Assembly (NCBI GenBank): GCA_043228905.1
Contig: JBHGNT010000018.1
Location: 4,154,001 to 4,218,000, forward strand
Length of the DNA stretch: 64,000 bases
Origin: Azolla caroliniana
Lineage: Eukaryota; Plantae; Polypodiophyta
Direction: 5' to 3'
Below are positions 25,601-38,670 of the stretch, in pieces. The position numbers and the translations under genes are program-made. The notes beneath the pieces were generated by a model. That model was not told the origin of the DNA. It saw nothing but the letters and a program-made list of their open reading frames with translations, and did no database searches. The first letter of the stretch is position 1; each line of letters opens with the position of its first letter.

Positions 25601-25760
25601 AAGAGGTTTCCCCTGTGGAGTGTCCACCCTCATGATGAGAAGTCGGCACGAATGTCGTCTTCATCCAATTGTCCTACTGAGATCAGTGGTCGTGAAAGCT
25701 CAGGTACATGTCAGACATTGCGTAGTATCAATGTAGAACCACCCGCAAGGTGGAGCTCTA
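22466..25760 (-). mobile_element. Decayed Ty1/Copia element E (5'-truncated), 3' LTR part 22466-22811
   Basis: Integrase (25160-25531, 24861-25076), RT (23711-24505; LDVKTTFLHG), RNase H (23033-23623; SKHIDIRYHF); PPT GGGGAG then TGTTG at 22811. Confidence 0.88.
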
Positions 25761-25764
25761 TTGT

Positions 25765-27403
25765 AAACTCCGTGTTCGTTACGAGATGTGCAATGTTTCC
25801 TAGGCTTTGCTAACTTCTACCGCAAGTTTATACAAGATTACTCGAAGATTATTTTACCTCTCACACAACTTACCAAGAAGGGACGGTCATTTCTTTGGTC
25901 CAACGAAGTGGACATGGCTTTTATGCATCTTAAGAAAGCCTTTACAACAGCTCCTATTCTAGCTCATTTGGATACAAACAAACCATTCATCATGGAGGAG
26001 GACACATCAGATTTCTTCATTGGTAGCATCCTTTCACAACAAGGAGATAAAGAAAAGTTACATCTTGTGGCTTTCCACTCACGCAAATTTGATGCCGCGA
26101 AAATTAACAACAAGGAGTTATTAGCCATCGTGGATTCGTTTGTGCAATGGCGGCACTTCTTAGAGAGTTCTCCTCATCAAATCATTGTCTTTCGTGATCA
26201 CAAAAGGCTTGCTTACTTCCAGAACACTATTGTACTAAATCAACGGCAAGATCGGTGGGCCCAATTCCTCACGCGTTTTGACTTCAAAATCACATATTGG
26301 CCGGGGAAGTAGCAAGGAAAAGCAGATGCAATATTGCAACGTTCATATCTTACACCTCATCTGGGTGATCCAACATTTGATAATCAAAAGCAAGTAATCT
26401 TGGGACCAACACGTTTGCACACAACACTGGTTTTTCACACTCCACTGGATTCCCGGATTATCGATGCCATACGTGCCAACTTGAAGACATATAATTTTGC
26501 TCAAGCCATTCTAGCGCAAATTGATGCCTCTCGGGCATCCTATTCCCAATCTCAACAACTAGCTATGGACTATCGACAATTCGAATATCATGATAGTTTA
26601 TTATTCTTTAAAAAGCTCGTGTATGTTCCTGATTGTTCCTGTCGCCTTCAAATCATACAAAGTTGTCATGACACCCATACAACTGGACATTTCGGTAGTA
26701 CTAAGACGTTAGATTATCAACGACTCGGTCCTCTCCATATTACCGGCAAGATTAATGATGTCGCGTTCCACCTTTATCTTCCTCCGCACCATCAGATACA
26801 TCCGGTCTTCCATAGTTCTCTTCTCGAACCTTATCAGGCCAACACTATTCCTGATCGCGTTACACCACCGTCGCCCCCGCTTGAGTTGGACACAAGCCTA
26901 GAGTATGAAGTTGTTGTTGTCCTCGACTCCAAGTTTGTTCGCAACAAACTTTATTATTTGGTCGATTGGCTCGGCTATAGTCTGAGCGAACGTACTTGGG
27001 AACCCGTTGAGCATATCGCCAATGCTCAGGATCTTCTTGTTGATTTCCATCGAAAGTATCTGGACAAACCCAGTCCACAATCAGGGCCGACTCGTGACGT
27101 TCGTCGTCGTAAGGGGGGAATAGTGTGATGATATGGCAAGACTCAAACCCATAACCTTATATTATATGGGCCGAGCTCTTGACCATCTATTGTAATACGT
27201 AGGATATTATTTTCATTTAAGTTTTACTATAGAAAATTATTGTATATTCCATATTTCTCTCAAACATTCTAGAAGCTTCAGTACTATTCCTGAGAACACT
27301 ATAAAAAGAGGCACAATGCATTATTTCGAACCAAATTGGTTCAACGCCAGTCTTAAGCCTCATAGCTATTTTGTACTTACTCTTCACATAATATATCATC
27401 TAT

Positions 27404-27456
<53 letters not shown>

Positions 27457-27542
27457 GTCTTACACAGTCCGTCCTCTTAGTACTAATAGTACTTCCCTTC
27501 TCTAGTACTAATTCTCTCTCTGTTTTAGTACTATTCCTGACA
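25765..27542 (+). mobile_element. Chromovirus fragment F (B family): RNase H, internally deleted integrase, chromodomain, 3' LTR 27124-27542
   Basis: ORFs 25788-26312 and 26334-27128 align with B pol; PPT AAGGGGGGAATAG; LTR homologous to 16998-17415. Confidence 0.9.
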
Positions 27543-27850
27543 ACCACTTGCTTTGCCAATTGCTTTGCCAATCAAGATCTTTAAGAGAAGAGAGACCCCA
27601 AGTCTTGAAATTGAAGCTCTAGACGATGTAGCCTCCACCATCGAGGTTGAAAAAGAATAATCAAAAGAGGAACCTCATCGCAATTGGCACATACCGGTGT
27701 ATGTGCAGGTTTGGTGGGGGTGAATGTTGTGTGGTTTTTCACACACGATATGAAAATTAGTAAAATAATTATTTAAGATTAGCTTAATGGATTGATATGG
27801 AAAGATGGATGTCTTCAAGAGCTTCATAACACATTTTACTACACATGAAA
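27134..27850 (+). repeat. Copy 1 of a ~0.72-kb direct duplication (chromovirus LTR + Phygy-like 3' UTR/PPT + LTR start at 27725)
   Basis: Colinear with 30551-31267, including the flank after the LTR's CA. Confidence 0.88.
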
Positions 27851-27869
27851 CAGTGTCGAGAAGAAAACC

Positions 27870-30550
27870 GACCACATGTACCGTGGAATCTCAAGCCGAT
27901 TCCAGTACCCAAAGCTCACATCCCGAAGTTGATGGAGCTGCTGAAGTAGAAGGTGAAGATAGGCATCCTCGAGCCGTCGAGTGCCCCATATTCAAACCGA
28001 TGGTTTACCGTGGCGAAGAAGAACGACACGTTGTGCTTCATTCAGGACCTGCAAATGGTCAATAAGGTGACCATTTGGAACGTCGGAATCGGACCAACCA
28101 TTGACGAGTTCGCGGAGGCCTTCGCCGGAAGGTCGATTTACTCAGTCGGGGACCTGTACTCGGGGTATGACCAATTCCAACTAGCCATAAGGAGCAAGGA
28201 TATTACGATGATGTGGACTCCTCTCGGCCTAGTGCGGATGTGTACCCTTCTGCAAGGAGGGACGAACTCGGTAGCACACATAGTGAATGCGATGAATAAG
28301 GTGCTAAGAGATTGTATCCCAAACATTACCATGCCCTTCTTGGACGACATCCCGATCAAGGGATGTCCAGTGGAAGATAGGGACGAAACAATTGGATCGG
28401 ACGGGTGTCGGAAATTCGTTGCGGACCACATCGGCGACTGCGAGAAGGTGCTACAAAGGCTAGAGGGTGCGCGGCTCACCTTCTCATGGGAGAAATCGGC
28501 TTTCGGACAATCGGAAATCATGGTTGTCAGACACCTGTGCGGGCCTTATGGCCGGAAACCGTCTCCAACCAAGGTAGAAGCCATCTCCACGATGAAGGGA
28601 GACTTCGAGTTGATTACGAAAATCCAGAGGTTCTTGGGAGCTTGCGCGTTCTACCACGTCTGGATCCCACATTACGCCCACATCGTGGAGCCACTCTATG
28701 GGTTGTTGAAGAAAGGGCACAAATTCGAGTGGAGTGGGGAGCATACAGAGTTGGTCCGAAAAATGAAGGAAGCGCTTGTTGTGGCACAGGTGCTCCAGAA
28801 AGCAGTTTACGGAAAGGATGTTCCGATTTTTGTAACCGTAGACACGAGTCCGACCGGAATAGGATGGGTGATCAACCAGGAGGATGAGAATGGTGCAAGG
28901 CTCCCCATCCGGTTCGGTGCAAAAGTACTCAGCGAGCGCCAACGAGGATACGCCCAAGTTAAATGCGAACTCTGGGGTATCATTTCGGTGGTCAAGGCCG
29001 ACAGAGACTACCTGATCAAGACAGAGGTGATAATAGAGAATGACTGCCTACCGATCCTTGGTATGGTTTCTGGATGCGCGACGCCAGACCTGGCAATACT
29101 CAGGTGGATCGCGTACATTAAGTCCCTGAACCCGAAGATACGACACATTTCCGGGAAGGACAACACCATGGCCGACATGCTTTCGAGAGCGAGGTTTGAT
29201 GACGAGGGCGGCATGGTTTCGAAGGACGAGGAAGTTGGCATGGACTTCTTCGAGGTGGCTTATGTGACGACGAGAAAGGGGAGCACTCCGGCGCTTAATG
29301 AGATCGACGAGGGCAGGTACGATGGGGAGTGGCTCCAGATCGGTGGGTTCCTGAACACGATGACGCCGAACGCGGCGTGGACAAAGCAAGAGGCTAACCA
29401 GATATGGACGAAAGCGTACTGATTCTTTCTACAGGACAGAAGCATATGGAAGCACCTAAAGAAGCACGACGGCTTCCCACTCCGGGTAGTGGCGAGGAAG
29501 GAAGAGCAGGAGGCATTGTTGTTGGTGTACCACGAGAGTCCTTGGGCCGGACATCACAGGACATGAGCCACGTTTGAGAAGCTAAAGGAGAAGTATTGGT
29601 GGCCAGGACTATACCAGGATGTGCATCAGTTCGTGATGACTTGTGAAAGCTGCCAGATGCACTCCATAATCCGACATCGGGACAAGCTGCACCCGACTTA
29701 CCCGCTGACTATCCACTTCAAGTGGATGGTGGATCTAGTGACAATGTTGATGGGAGTAGCGCAGATCCAGTACCTAGTGCTTGCACGAGAGGATGTGACG
29801 AACCAGGTGGAGGGCCGCGCATTACAGAACAAGACAACTGCGGTCGTGTGCCGGTTCCTGATCGAAGAGGTGGTGTGCCGGTACGGGTGCATAGGGAAGA
29901 TCATAGGTGACCGGGGAGAACTGGAGGTGCACGAGGCCGAAGAGTTGTTTGATTGGTTGGGGGTTAAACTCTCGCTCACCACGGCGTACAATCCGGAGGC
30001 GAACGGGAAGGTGGAGCGTGGGCACGGGCCAATCGTAAAAGCGATAGTACGGGCATGTGGAGGCCAAGTCAGAAATTGGTTGCAGCTCTTGCCTTATGCG
30101 TTGTGGGCGGACCGAATTACGCACAGTTCGGTAATAGGGTTGATGTCGGCAGAGCTGATGTACAGGTAGAAGTCGATCATGCCGATTGAACAGATGATCT
30201 ACTCATGGGCCGCAGTGGACTGGAGAGACGAGATGAGCCGGGAGGAGCTATTAGCGGCATGAATCCAATAGCTCGAGCGAAGACCGGAGGACGTGGAACA
30301 AGCAACGGCGTAGATGCGTATGGCGAGGGCAAGGAACAAGGGACGATTTGACCGGACTCACCGTTTGCGACCAAAGAAAATCGAGGAAGGTGATTGGGGT
30401 CTCGTCTACAACCAGCGCTGACAAGCACTAACGACAACGGCACCTACCATCTCGCGGAGTTCGACGGAACAAGGATAGTCGTGCCGGTGGCCAGGAAGAG
30501 GATCAAGGCATTCAAGAAGCGGCATGAGGACGAACCAGACCCAGAGAGCG
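27870..30550 (+). mobile_element. Phygy-like pol fragment G (RT-RH-INT)
   Basis: ORFs 27953-29422 (FLDDI) and 29621-30169 homologous to C/D pol. Confidence 0.9.
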
Positions 30551-30828
30551 TGGCAAGACTCAAACCCATAACCTTATATTATATGGGTCGAACTCTTGAC
30601 CATTACATTATCTATTGGAATATGTAGGATATTATTTTCATTTAAATTTTACTATAGAAAATTATTCTATATTCCATATTTCTCTAAAACATTCTAGAAG
30701 CTTCAGGACTATTCCTAAGAACATTATAAAAAGAGGCACAATGCATTATTTCGAACCAAATTGGTTCAACGCCAGTCTTAAGCCTCATAGCTATTTTGTA
30801 CTTACTCTTCACATAATATATCATCTGT

Positions 30829-30869
<41 letters not shown>

Positions 30870-31267
30870 GTCTTACGCAGTCCGTCCTCTCTTAGTACTA
30901 ATAGTACTTCCCTTCTCTAGTACTAATTCTCTCTCTGTTTTAGTACTATTCCTGACAACCACCTACTTTGACAATTGCAGGAAAGAGAATCAAGATCTTT
31001 AAGAGAAGAGAGACCCCAAATCTTGAAATCGAAGCTCTAGATGATGTAGCCTCCACCATCGAGGTTGGAAAAGAATAATCAAAAGAGGAACCTCACCACA
31101 AATGGCACATACTAGTGGATGTGCAGGTTTGGTGGGGGTGAATGTCGTGTGGTTTTCACACACGATATGAAAATTAGTAAAATAATTATTTAAGATTAGC
31201 TTAATGGATTGATATGGAAAGATAGATGTCTTCAAGAGCTTCATAACGCATTTTACTACACATGAAA
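30551..31267 (+). repeat. Copy 2 of the 0.72-kb duplication; the Phygy-like LTR starting at 31143 continues to ~31700
   Basis: Matches 27134-27850; chromovirus LTR ends at 30957; PPT GGGGGTGAA then TGTCGTG at 31143. Confidence 0.88.
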
Positions 31268-31789
31268 TGGATAAACAAGTATCAAGTTATGTGAGTGTGA
31301 AGTTTAAGAAGATTGGGAAAACAAACTGTGAGATATCTCACATAGATAGGACAAAATTGGATCCCCATAGTATATAAGGAGAGTTGGAACCTATTACTTT
31401 ATGTCTATGTGTGAAGCATAGAATGTTCAAGGTGACTTGGGCTAAATTGTGTGGATGAATGGCTCAAATTATTTTGGGTCACGGCTTGATCAGCCACGGC
31501 GTACGGCCCAATCGGGACTTGCCTACACGGACGCGTACATGGGGCGGTCGAGATACACGCATGCACGGAGACGGTGCATGGCTCGGTCGAGATATGTGCA
31601 CGCACAAACGCATCTACGGTTTGGTTGTGACGCACGTACGGATTACGTATGGGTTGAACTTTATGAATGATTGGATCATGTGGTCGAATTATACGAACAG
31701 TCGCATGCAGCTAAAAGTAAAGGTCAAGCAACTAAAAAAGGAGGCCATCCAACTAAAAGTAAAGGCTAAGCAACTAAAAATGGAGACCA

Positions 31790-32280
31790 GACGTCATCAC
31801 GGATCAGCCCTTTTCGAGCACTCTATGGGCGCAACGCTCGGCTCCCACCAGAATTGTCCATTGATGTCCATTCCAAACCTGCCAACATGGATAGTGCCAC
31901 TTGGGGGCTCTATCTCCAACAAATGCTCCCCCTCCTTCGCCAAGCCAGCTCCCGAAATCTACAAGTTGCACAACAACGTCAAAAGAGGCATTACGACGTG
32001 GGTCGAATTACCCCGACTTATGTTGATGGAACGAAAGTCCTTGTTTACTTCCCGGTCCAGCGACACGGTCTCAATGAATCCCTCATGGATCGGCCCGTTG
32101 ATCGTAGTTCGCACCATCAAATCCACTACTTACTTGCTCTGGCGTGATTCCAACGGCCGATTCACCTCCGCCCATGTTGCCCATATCAAGCCCTATACTA
32201 CCCCAAGCCTATCTTCTTGTACCCGTCCTTTCCCCATGTCGTAAAACTTCTTGTTTTTCTCAGGGGGGAAATGTGGCGTC
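31790..32280 (+). mobile_element. Gypsy integrase C-terminal fragment of a different family, ending in PPT plus LTR start
   Basis: SPFRALYGR...AQQRQKRHYD...VLVY...WIGP...HVAHIKPY across frames; CAGGGGGGAAA followed by TGTGGCG. Confidence 0.7.
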
Positions 32281-33775
32281 CCTTTCAAGCGACATTATCG
32301 TTGGCACTCGCCACCACATATGGCCCAAACCACCTCCTTGTGAACTTCCTCATTGACCTGTGATGGTTGTCGAGGTTGTTGGCAAAGACCAAAAACTAGT
32401 CTCCTTCTTCAATTGGGGAGGAACCAGTGTGTCTTGTCAAAGCGGGCCTTGTTCCTCATCCTCACGGCCGCCAACTTCATCTTTGCAATCTCCATATCCT
32501 CCAGTCGTCTCTAAAACTACTTCATCTGTGCTGCTAGGAGCTCCTCCCTACTTATTTCATTTTCCCATGGTATCGCCACCCACGAGGCAATTGTCCTCTT
32601 GATGGGCATTATTGGCTTCTGACTGTACATGAGCTCCGTCGGCATATAGCCTGTCGCAGAAGTGTGCGTAGTTCTTTCGGCCCACAAGGCATAGGACAAT
32701 AGTTGTGGCCAATTCTCAACAAGTCTGTTACATGCTCGTACAATGGCTTTGACTATCAGTCCATGCCCACGCTCGATCTTCTTGTTGGCTTCCGGATTGT
32801 AGACCGTTGTGAGGGAGAGCTTCACACCTAATCGCACGAAAAGTTCCATAGCTTCGTGAGCATCCAACTCTCCTCGATTGGCCACTATCTTCCCCACGTA
32901 TCCGTATCGGCAAACGACCTCTTCGAGTGAGAACCTACATATTTTCTTCATCGTCTTGTTCGTCAAGGCCCTTCCTTCTACTTGGTTTGTTAGGTCTTCT
33001 TGTGCCAACACCAAGTACCTCATCTAACCCACTCCCATTGGCATTGTAACCAGATCCACCATCCACTTGAAATGTATGGTGAGTGGGTATGTCGGGTGAA
33101 ACTCGTTCCTATGACATATGTTGGAGTGTAGTTGGTAGATTTCACATGTGCCCATGAAACAAGACACATCATCGTACATACTTGGCCACCAATACTTCTC
33201 TTTCAGCTTTTCAAAAGTTGCCCACGTTCCTCTATGACCCGCCCAAGGACACTCATTGAACTCAGACATTAGCATTGCCCGCTCCTCTTTCTTTACCACC
33301 ACTCACCGCGGCATCCTTGTCCTTCGCTTTCGGTGCCTCCAAAGAATCCCCCTCTTAGGAAGTACTTGTATGCTTTCTTACAGATCCTTTGAGCCTCCTC
33401 CTTCGTCCACGAAGCATCCATCGTCAACATGCTCAAGAACTTGCCAATAAACAACCACCCCCCTTCATACTCGATCTCATGTTGAAGGCGTGGAGGGTTT
33501 GTGTTTCTTTATCCTCTGTAGATAGTTGGGCCGTCTTGAAGAAGTTGAGGGAAATGTCGCACTCGCCCTCGATAGCATATCTGCCATGGCATTGTTCTTC
33601 CCCGAAATGTGGCGAGTCTTTGGGTTCAAAGTTTTGATGCACTCTATCCACCTTAGCTTCGCTAAGTTAGACGTCGTACACCCCGATACCATCCCTAGAA
33701 TAGGAAGGCAATCTGTCTCTATTACTACTTCCGACCTGATTACGTACTCCTTATCCGCCTTTACTACGGACACGA

Positions 33776-34936
33776 TGTCATAAAGATTGTGGTTGTGTGT
33801 GTCGCAATGGTCGGGGTTCTGTGACTCAAGGGTGATCGTGTGGATGGTGCGATGACAAGAAGCTGAGAAGGCAAGATAGATGCAACGTTGTCGCGAAAAG
33901 AATTTTATTTGTAAAACACCATTTACAATATTTATTTGCCAAAAGGTACTTTGCAAGACTCAAACTCACAACCTCTATTTGAGAAGAAACATTCGAGATA
34001 AACCACTTCAACCTCTTTGTTTTCTCTATTAATTTAATTCTCTCTCTTTATAAATACCAAATTACAAAATTTGTTTACCAAAAGAAGTTGTTTTGAGAGG
34101 ATTCGAACTCACAACCTTTTGTTGGCAAAAAGGCATTTAAGATACACCACTTCAGCTCTTCCTTTTCTTGTACTTCTTTTCTTTTCTTTAAATTTGGTCT
34201 TGATTAAGCAGGCCACCATCTTCTTTGACGAGCTCTGTATCCCACACCCATGCGAGCTTCTTCACTCGCTTTTTCTTCCTCTTCTTCTCCTCCTCTCCAT
34301 TTTCCCTTCCCCCTTCTTCAGCCACGATGGGAGTGGCTTTTATAGGGGGGGTCAACCGCCCAGCCACCTTGAGGCAGTTGACAAACCGCCTCATGCAAGC
34401 GGTTTATTTTATATTGTGGTGTCCCTTTCATGCGAGTGCATACCTCTTAACACACCACCCTTTTAGCACACCCTTTTCGGTTCGGCCAGTCCCTTTCATG
34501 CGAGTGCATGCCTCTTAACACACCACCCTTTTAGCACACCCTTTTGGGCCGGCCTAGCTACATGCGTCCCAAAAGGGTGTGCTAAAAGGGTGGGCTAAAA
34601 CCGGTGGTGTGCTAAAAGGATGGTGTGTTAAGAGGCATGCACTTGCATGAAAGGGACACCACAATATTTTATTTTATTTTATTTATTTATTATATATATA
34701 AATTCTACAAATTCGTCTTTGTAGTCGTACATTTTAGAAATTACAAAAATGGTCCTTATTTAATTTCGACTCCCCTTTTTGCATTAATCCTTTTGAAGCT
34801 TGTATCTTGGGCTTCTGAACTCCGATTCACGAACTGAAAATTCCTACATGCTCCTCGTCATAAGATCTAGATGGGAAATGTATTTCTATAGATTTTTGAC
34901 ATTGTTTTGGCATCGTGAAGCATCAACTTCACAACA
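33776..34936 (-). repeat. Solo LTR (Phygy-like termini) with 4-bp TSD ACGA
   Basis: TGTCATAAAGAT...CTTCACAACA on the + strand; ACGA at 33772-33775 and 34937-34940; orientation inferred from similarity to the U5 end of C's LTR. Confidence 0.8.
34411..34667. mobile_element. MITE-like element with ~60-bp TIRs inside the solo LTR
   Basis: ATATTGTGGTGTCCCTTTCATGC... is the reverse complement of ...GCATGAAAGGGACACCACAATAT; flanked by TTTATTTT on both sides (8-10 bp, low complexity); internal partial copy of the TIR. Confidence 0.7.
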
Positions 34937-35499
34937 ACGATACGCCAAAGCTCTCACTTGACTTGGGCGTATCCTCATTGTCGCTCGCTTAGTACCTTAG
35001 TTCCGAACCGGATGGAATACCGTGCACCATCTTCCCCTTCCTGGGTGATGACCCATCCAATCCCCATCGGACTCGTGTCTATTGTTACGTAGATGGGCAT
35101 CCCTCCTTTGTACATAGCTTTGCTTAAAGTTGTTGCCGCTACCAGCATCCCTTTGAGCCTCTTCATTGCATGTGTGTGATCTTCCTCCCACTTGTACTTT
35201 CGCCCTTTCTTCACTAGCCCATACAAAGGCTCGGTTGTGTTGGCATAGTGCGGAATCTAGATGTGGTAGAATGCACAGGCACCTAGAAATCGTGTCACCT
35301 CTATTTGCGATTTGCATTCCTCCATCATTTCTGTGATGGTGTCCACCTTTGCCGGGGATGGCTTCCGTCCATACCCCCTGCACAGATGTCCCACCACGAG
35401 AATCTCTGGTTGCCCAAATGCCGACTTCTCCCCCGAGAAGGTCATGCATCTTCTAGTCGTTGTAGAACCTTCTTGCAATCAGAGATGTGATCGGACACA

Positions 35500-35620
35500 A
35501 ATCTTCTACAACTAAGGCAACTGCCCTTTGGCTTTATTCTAAATATTTCCTAACCTAGTATGTCCAAATGGAACAATGTGAATACAACCATTATACACCC
35601 GTATTCGACACCCCCCCTTC
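35500..35620 (-). repeat. Fragment of an E-family Copia LTR start with PPT
   Basis: Similar to 22705-22817 (GGCAA.TGCCCTT...AATGTGAATAC...TATTC.ACA then a C run). Confidence 0.6.
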
Positions 35621-38584
35621 TTATGGGATGAGGGAAAATAGGGGAAGGGTAGTTAAAGAAATTTTTTCAATGTGGGTATAAACAAGTATGAGGGTAGCTT
35701 TGTAGTTCATAAAGAAAGATGAGGAGAATGATGTGAATATCATGAGGCTTGAGTATAGATGGAGACAAGGACGTTAAAACGATGTCGCGAGAATTCACAT
35801 GTGTGTGTCAAATGAGAACAAAACCATCAGGACGTGAACTAGCGAAGATGGGATTGACTCATGTCAAAGACTCCATGATCCTCATAATAATCGATTGTGG
35901 TGGCTATGCGCTTTCTTTGAATGTTTTTGATAGATTTTGCTAATCTCTCTAAGAGTTTATGGGTACTTTAATATATTTGAGGGTTTTAATCATCTTCGCA
36001 CATACCGTTTACTTAAGTAATTGTATGGTAACAAGTGTATACATGTTTATGCATATGCCAAAATGTATATTAATGTGCAAGGGGAATGTATGTTTAAAAT
36101 AGTGTGTGAATGTACTTGAATATGACTATTTGTACGAACTCTACATCTACATGTGTGTTTATGTATACGTATATAAGTACATGTCTATATGCAGGTGTAT
36201 GCATATATATGGGTGTTTATGAATTATGTATGTCTTGTATATATATGTTTGTTAATATATGAAAATGTGTGTATGAGTATGATGTATATATGTATATGTT
36301 TACTAGTGTAAGCATGTATGTTTATGTAAATGTTTGTATATTGCTGTGTTGGAGGGTGGGGGGGGTTGTATTTGGGGAAAATAGTGTCCCTTTCTTTTTT
36401 GGTCATGGGTAAGGTTATGAAGAGATATGAATGTCAAAGGAAGGGGAAAAAGGAGGGGGAATGATGTGGTTGGTAACTTATGTCGAATGGCATCACTTGC
36501 AACAAGTTCCGCTTCAACAGCGATTGATAACTACAAACAACATCCTCTCACATTTCTGAATTTCCCTCTTCTCGTTGGCAAGTACTAGATGAAGGCGTTC
36601 AAAACTCTGTTTTGCAATCTAAAAATTCAGTCATAAACCCCACGAAGACCTCTTTATGTTGTTGTTACAACTTACTTACAAGCATGTCATTGTGGAGTTA
36701 TGATGTTTGTCTTTAGCAAAATTTAGTGCAATTTCCCAAAAACTTGCCCACTATACACGAATTTTCATGTTGAAAATTTCCATTGTGACCCTTGTTCAAT
36801 TATAAATCACATAGAATTAACAGATCTTTCAACATAAAATGGTTGTAGGCAAGAAAATTTTCATAATATCAAGACATAATTGAGGTAAACCTCAATCCTC
36901 TTACATGGAGTGGCTAAAATGGAAATCAATAAGATTGAGAGGAGAAAGCTTCAAGAGGAGATACTCAAGTTTCGGTACAATGGCCACGTCGACTTTTGTC
37001 GTGGTTGGTCTTGTATGCCCTCTTGATTTGTTGTCCTCAGCCGAATGAAATTTGTCAATTCTTTCGCCTTGTTTGAAATATCCCCCCCTCCACACACACA
37101 CACTCGACCAATACAAAATTTATACATCCCTTTTCGTTCTTATGACATAACTCAATCATATAGCTTGCTTAATGTAGACCACCTTTCTCCCATCATCATC
37201 CATTACAAGATCCAAACCCTTGCACCTTATCATCTTAGGAGTTAGCTATTACCAATTAACCTGTCTTTTTGTTGGTTCAATCCACATCCAAATTCACTCC
37301 TCCTTGCTACTTCTTTCACCACCCCCTTAACCTATCATAAACTCAGTTTCAGATATTTTCTTCCTCTGAATCTATACACTCCATGTCACAAAACCAATCC
37401 CAAACTCTCATTCTAGACCCTAAATGGCATACTTCTTGTGACCTTTGTCTTGTTCCCTACATTAAGAAACAAGGAAATTTTTCCAATTATAGAGAATATA
37501 TTATAACATCGAGAACATATCACAAACATCTACATTTACTTCCAATTGGTCTCCATTTGAGGGAGGTATGACTTTACGAGGTCATCTAACCTATTTATGA
37601 ACACAACCCCACCTCCTTGAAGAATCATGTCAAGGTTCTCGTCAAGATGACATCCAATTCCAAGTTGATGGTGTACACATATGTCGATCCACTACCTTGA
37701 AGATTTGTTACAACCTCTAGCACACCTTTGCGTCCTCAAAAGAAAACAACATAAATCAATAAATTATCATGAACTAAAATATACCTAAAGTTTCCTAAAA
37801 TAAAAACCTTTCACCACCTTTGTCTTCTTGAGTTGGTCTAGAGGAACCATTAACTCGAGCCCCATTACATTGTTCACAACATGACACCACCATTTACAAT
37901 TAAAATTTAAGAGTTCAAGTAAAGAAATAATGCAATAAACAATGCACTTACCTAGAATTTGTGGACGATGTCGTGTTCAAAAGTACCAAGGTCATGTAAG
38001 ATACCCACGACTACACTTATATGTGTTCTTGGTGACGATTCTAGTTCTAGTGGTGTTGGTTGTACTTGAGTTGTTGTCCTGATTGGTATCAACAATGGCA
38101 TCTAAGAAACGCTTAGTTGTAATTAGTTGACACATTTATGAAGGTTGGCAAAAAGTAGCATTGGTAAGAGACCCATGTTGTGATGTTATATCTTCCTTTG
38201 AATATCCCAACACCATCATGAAATTTTGTGTAGGGAATAGAGGTGTTGAGATGGTTTATGGTAATTCCTCAAATGTGTGGCTCCCTATTTATTTACTTAA
38301 AACACATGAAAACAATTTCCGTGTGTATGTGTGTGCATAAATGTATTAGGATTGTATGAAATTATATGAATGTGTGTATAATGGAATAAGTGTGTGGGTG
38401 TATGATTATATGAATGTATAAATGATAGAATGTGTTGTGTATTTGTACGATTAAATAAGTGTGTGTAGATATATGTATGAATGTGTGTGATTGATTAAAT
38501 GTGCATATGAATGTGTTAAAATATTTGGATGTGTTTGTATGATTGTTGGAACGCTTGTATAATTGAATGAGAGAGAGAGAGAGA

Positions 38585-38670
38585 GGTGTAGCTCAGTTGG
38601 TAAGGTTGGCCAATGAAGATCAGATGGTCATGGGTTCAACCCCTACATTCCATAGTAGGGGCATCTAGTG
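38585..38670 (+). repeat. tRNA-derived SINE-like head embedded in (GA)n
   Basis: A box TAGCTCAGTTGG, B-box-like GGTTCAACCCC; similar copy at 47094-47176. Confidence 0.7.

Larger units (their letters stand above)
32285..35460 (-). mobile_element. Decayed Phygy-like pol fragment H, interrupted by a solo LTR
   Basis: ORFs 35257-35478, 34975-35226, 33024-33302, 32517-33023 homologous to C pol; frame WRIVSVVK is restored on removing 33776-34936 and one TSD copy. Confidence 0.88.

Noticed and set aside
31459-32244. 261-aa ORF as a novel gene or env-like protein
   Set aside because: Runs across LTR sequence, short tandem repeats and an integrase tail; a chance chimeric frame with no transmembrane signature
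36480-38250. Possible decayed gene or transposon with splice-like sites
   Set aside because: No recognisable protein motif or consistent exon chain could be read
38585-38670. Functional tRNA gene (also 17343, 47094, 63219)
   Set aside because: Acceptor and/or anticodon stems do not pair properly; treated as tRNA-derived repeats
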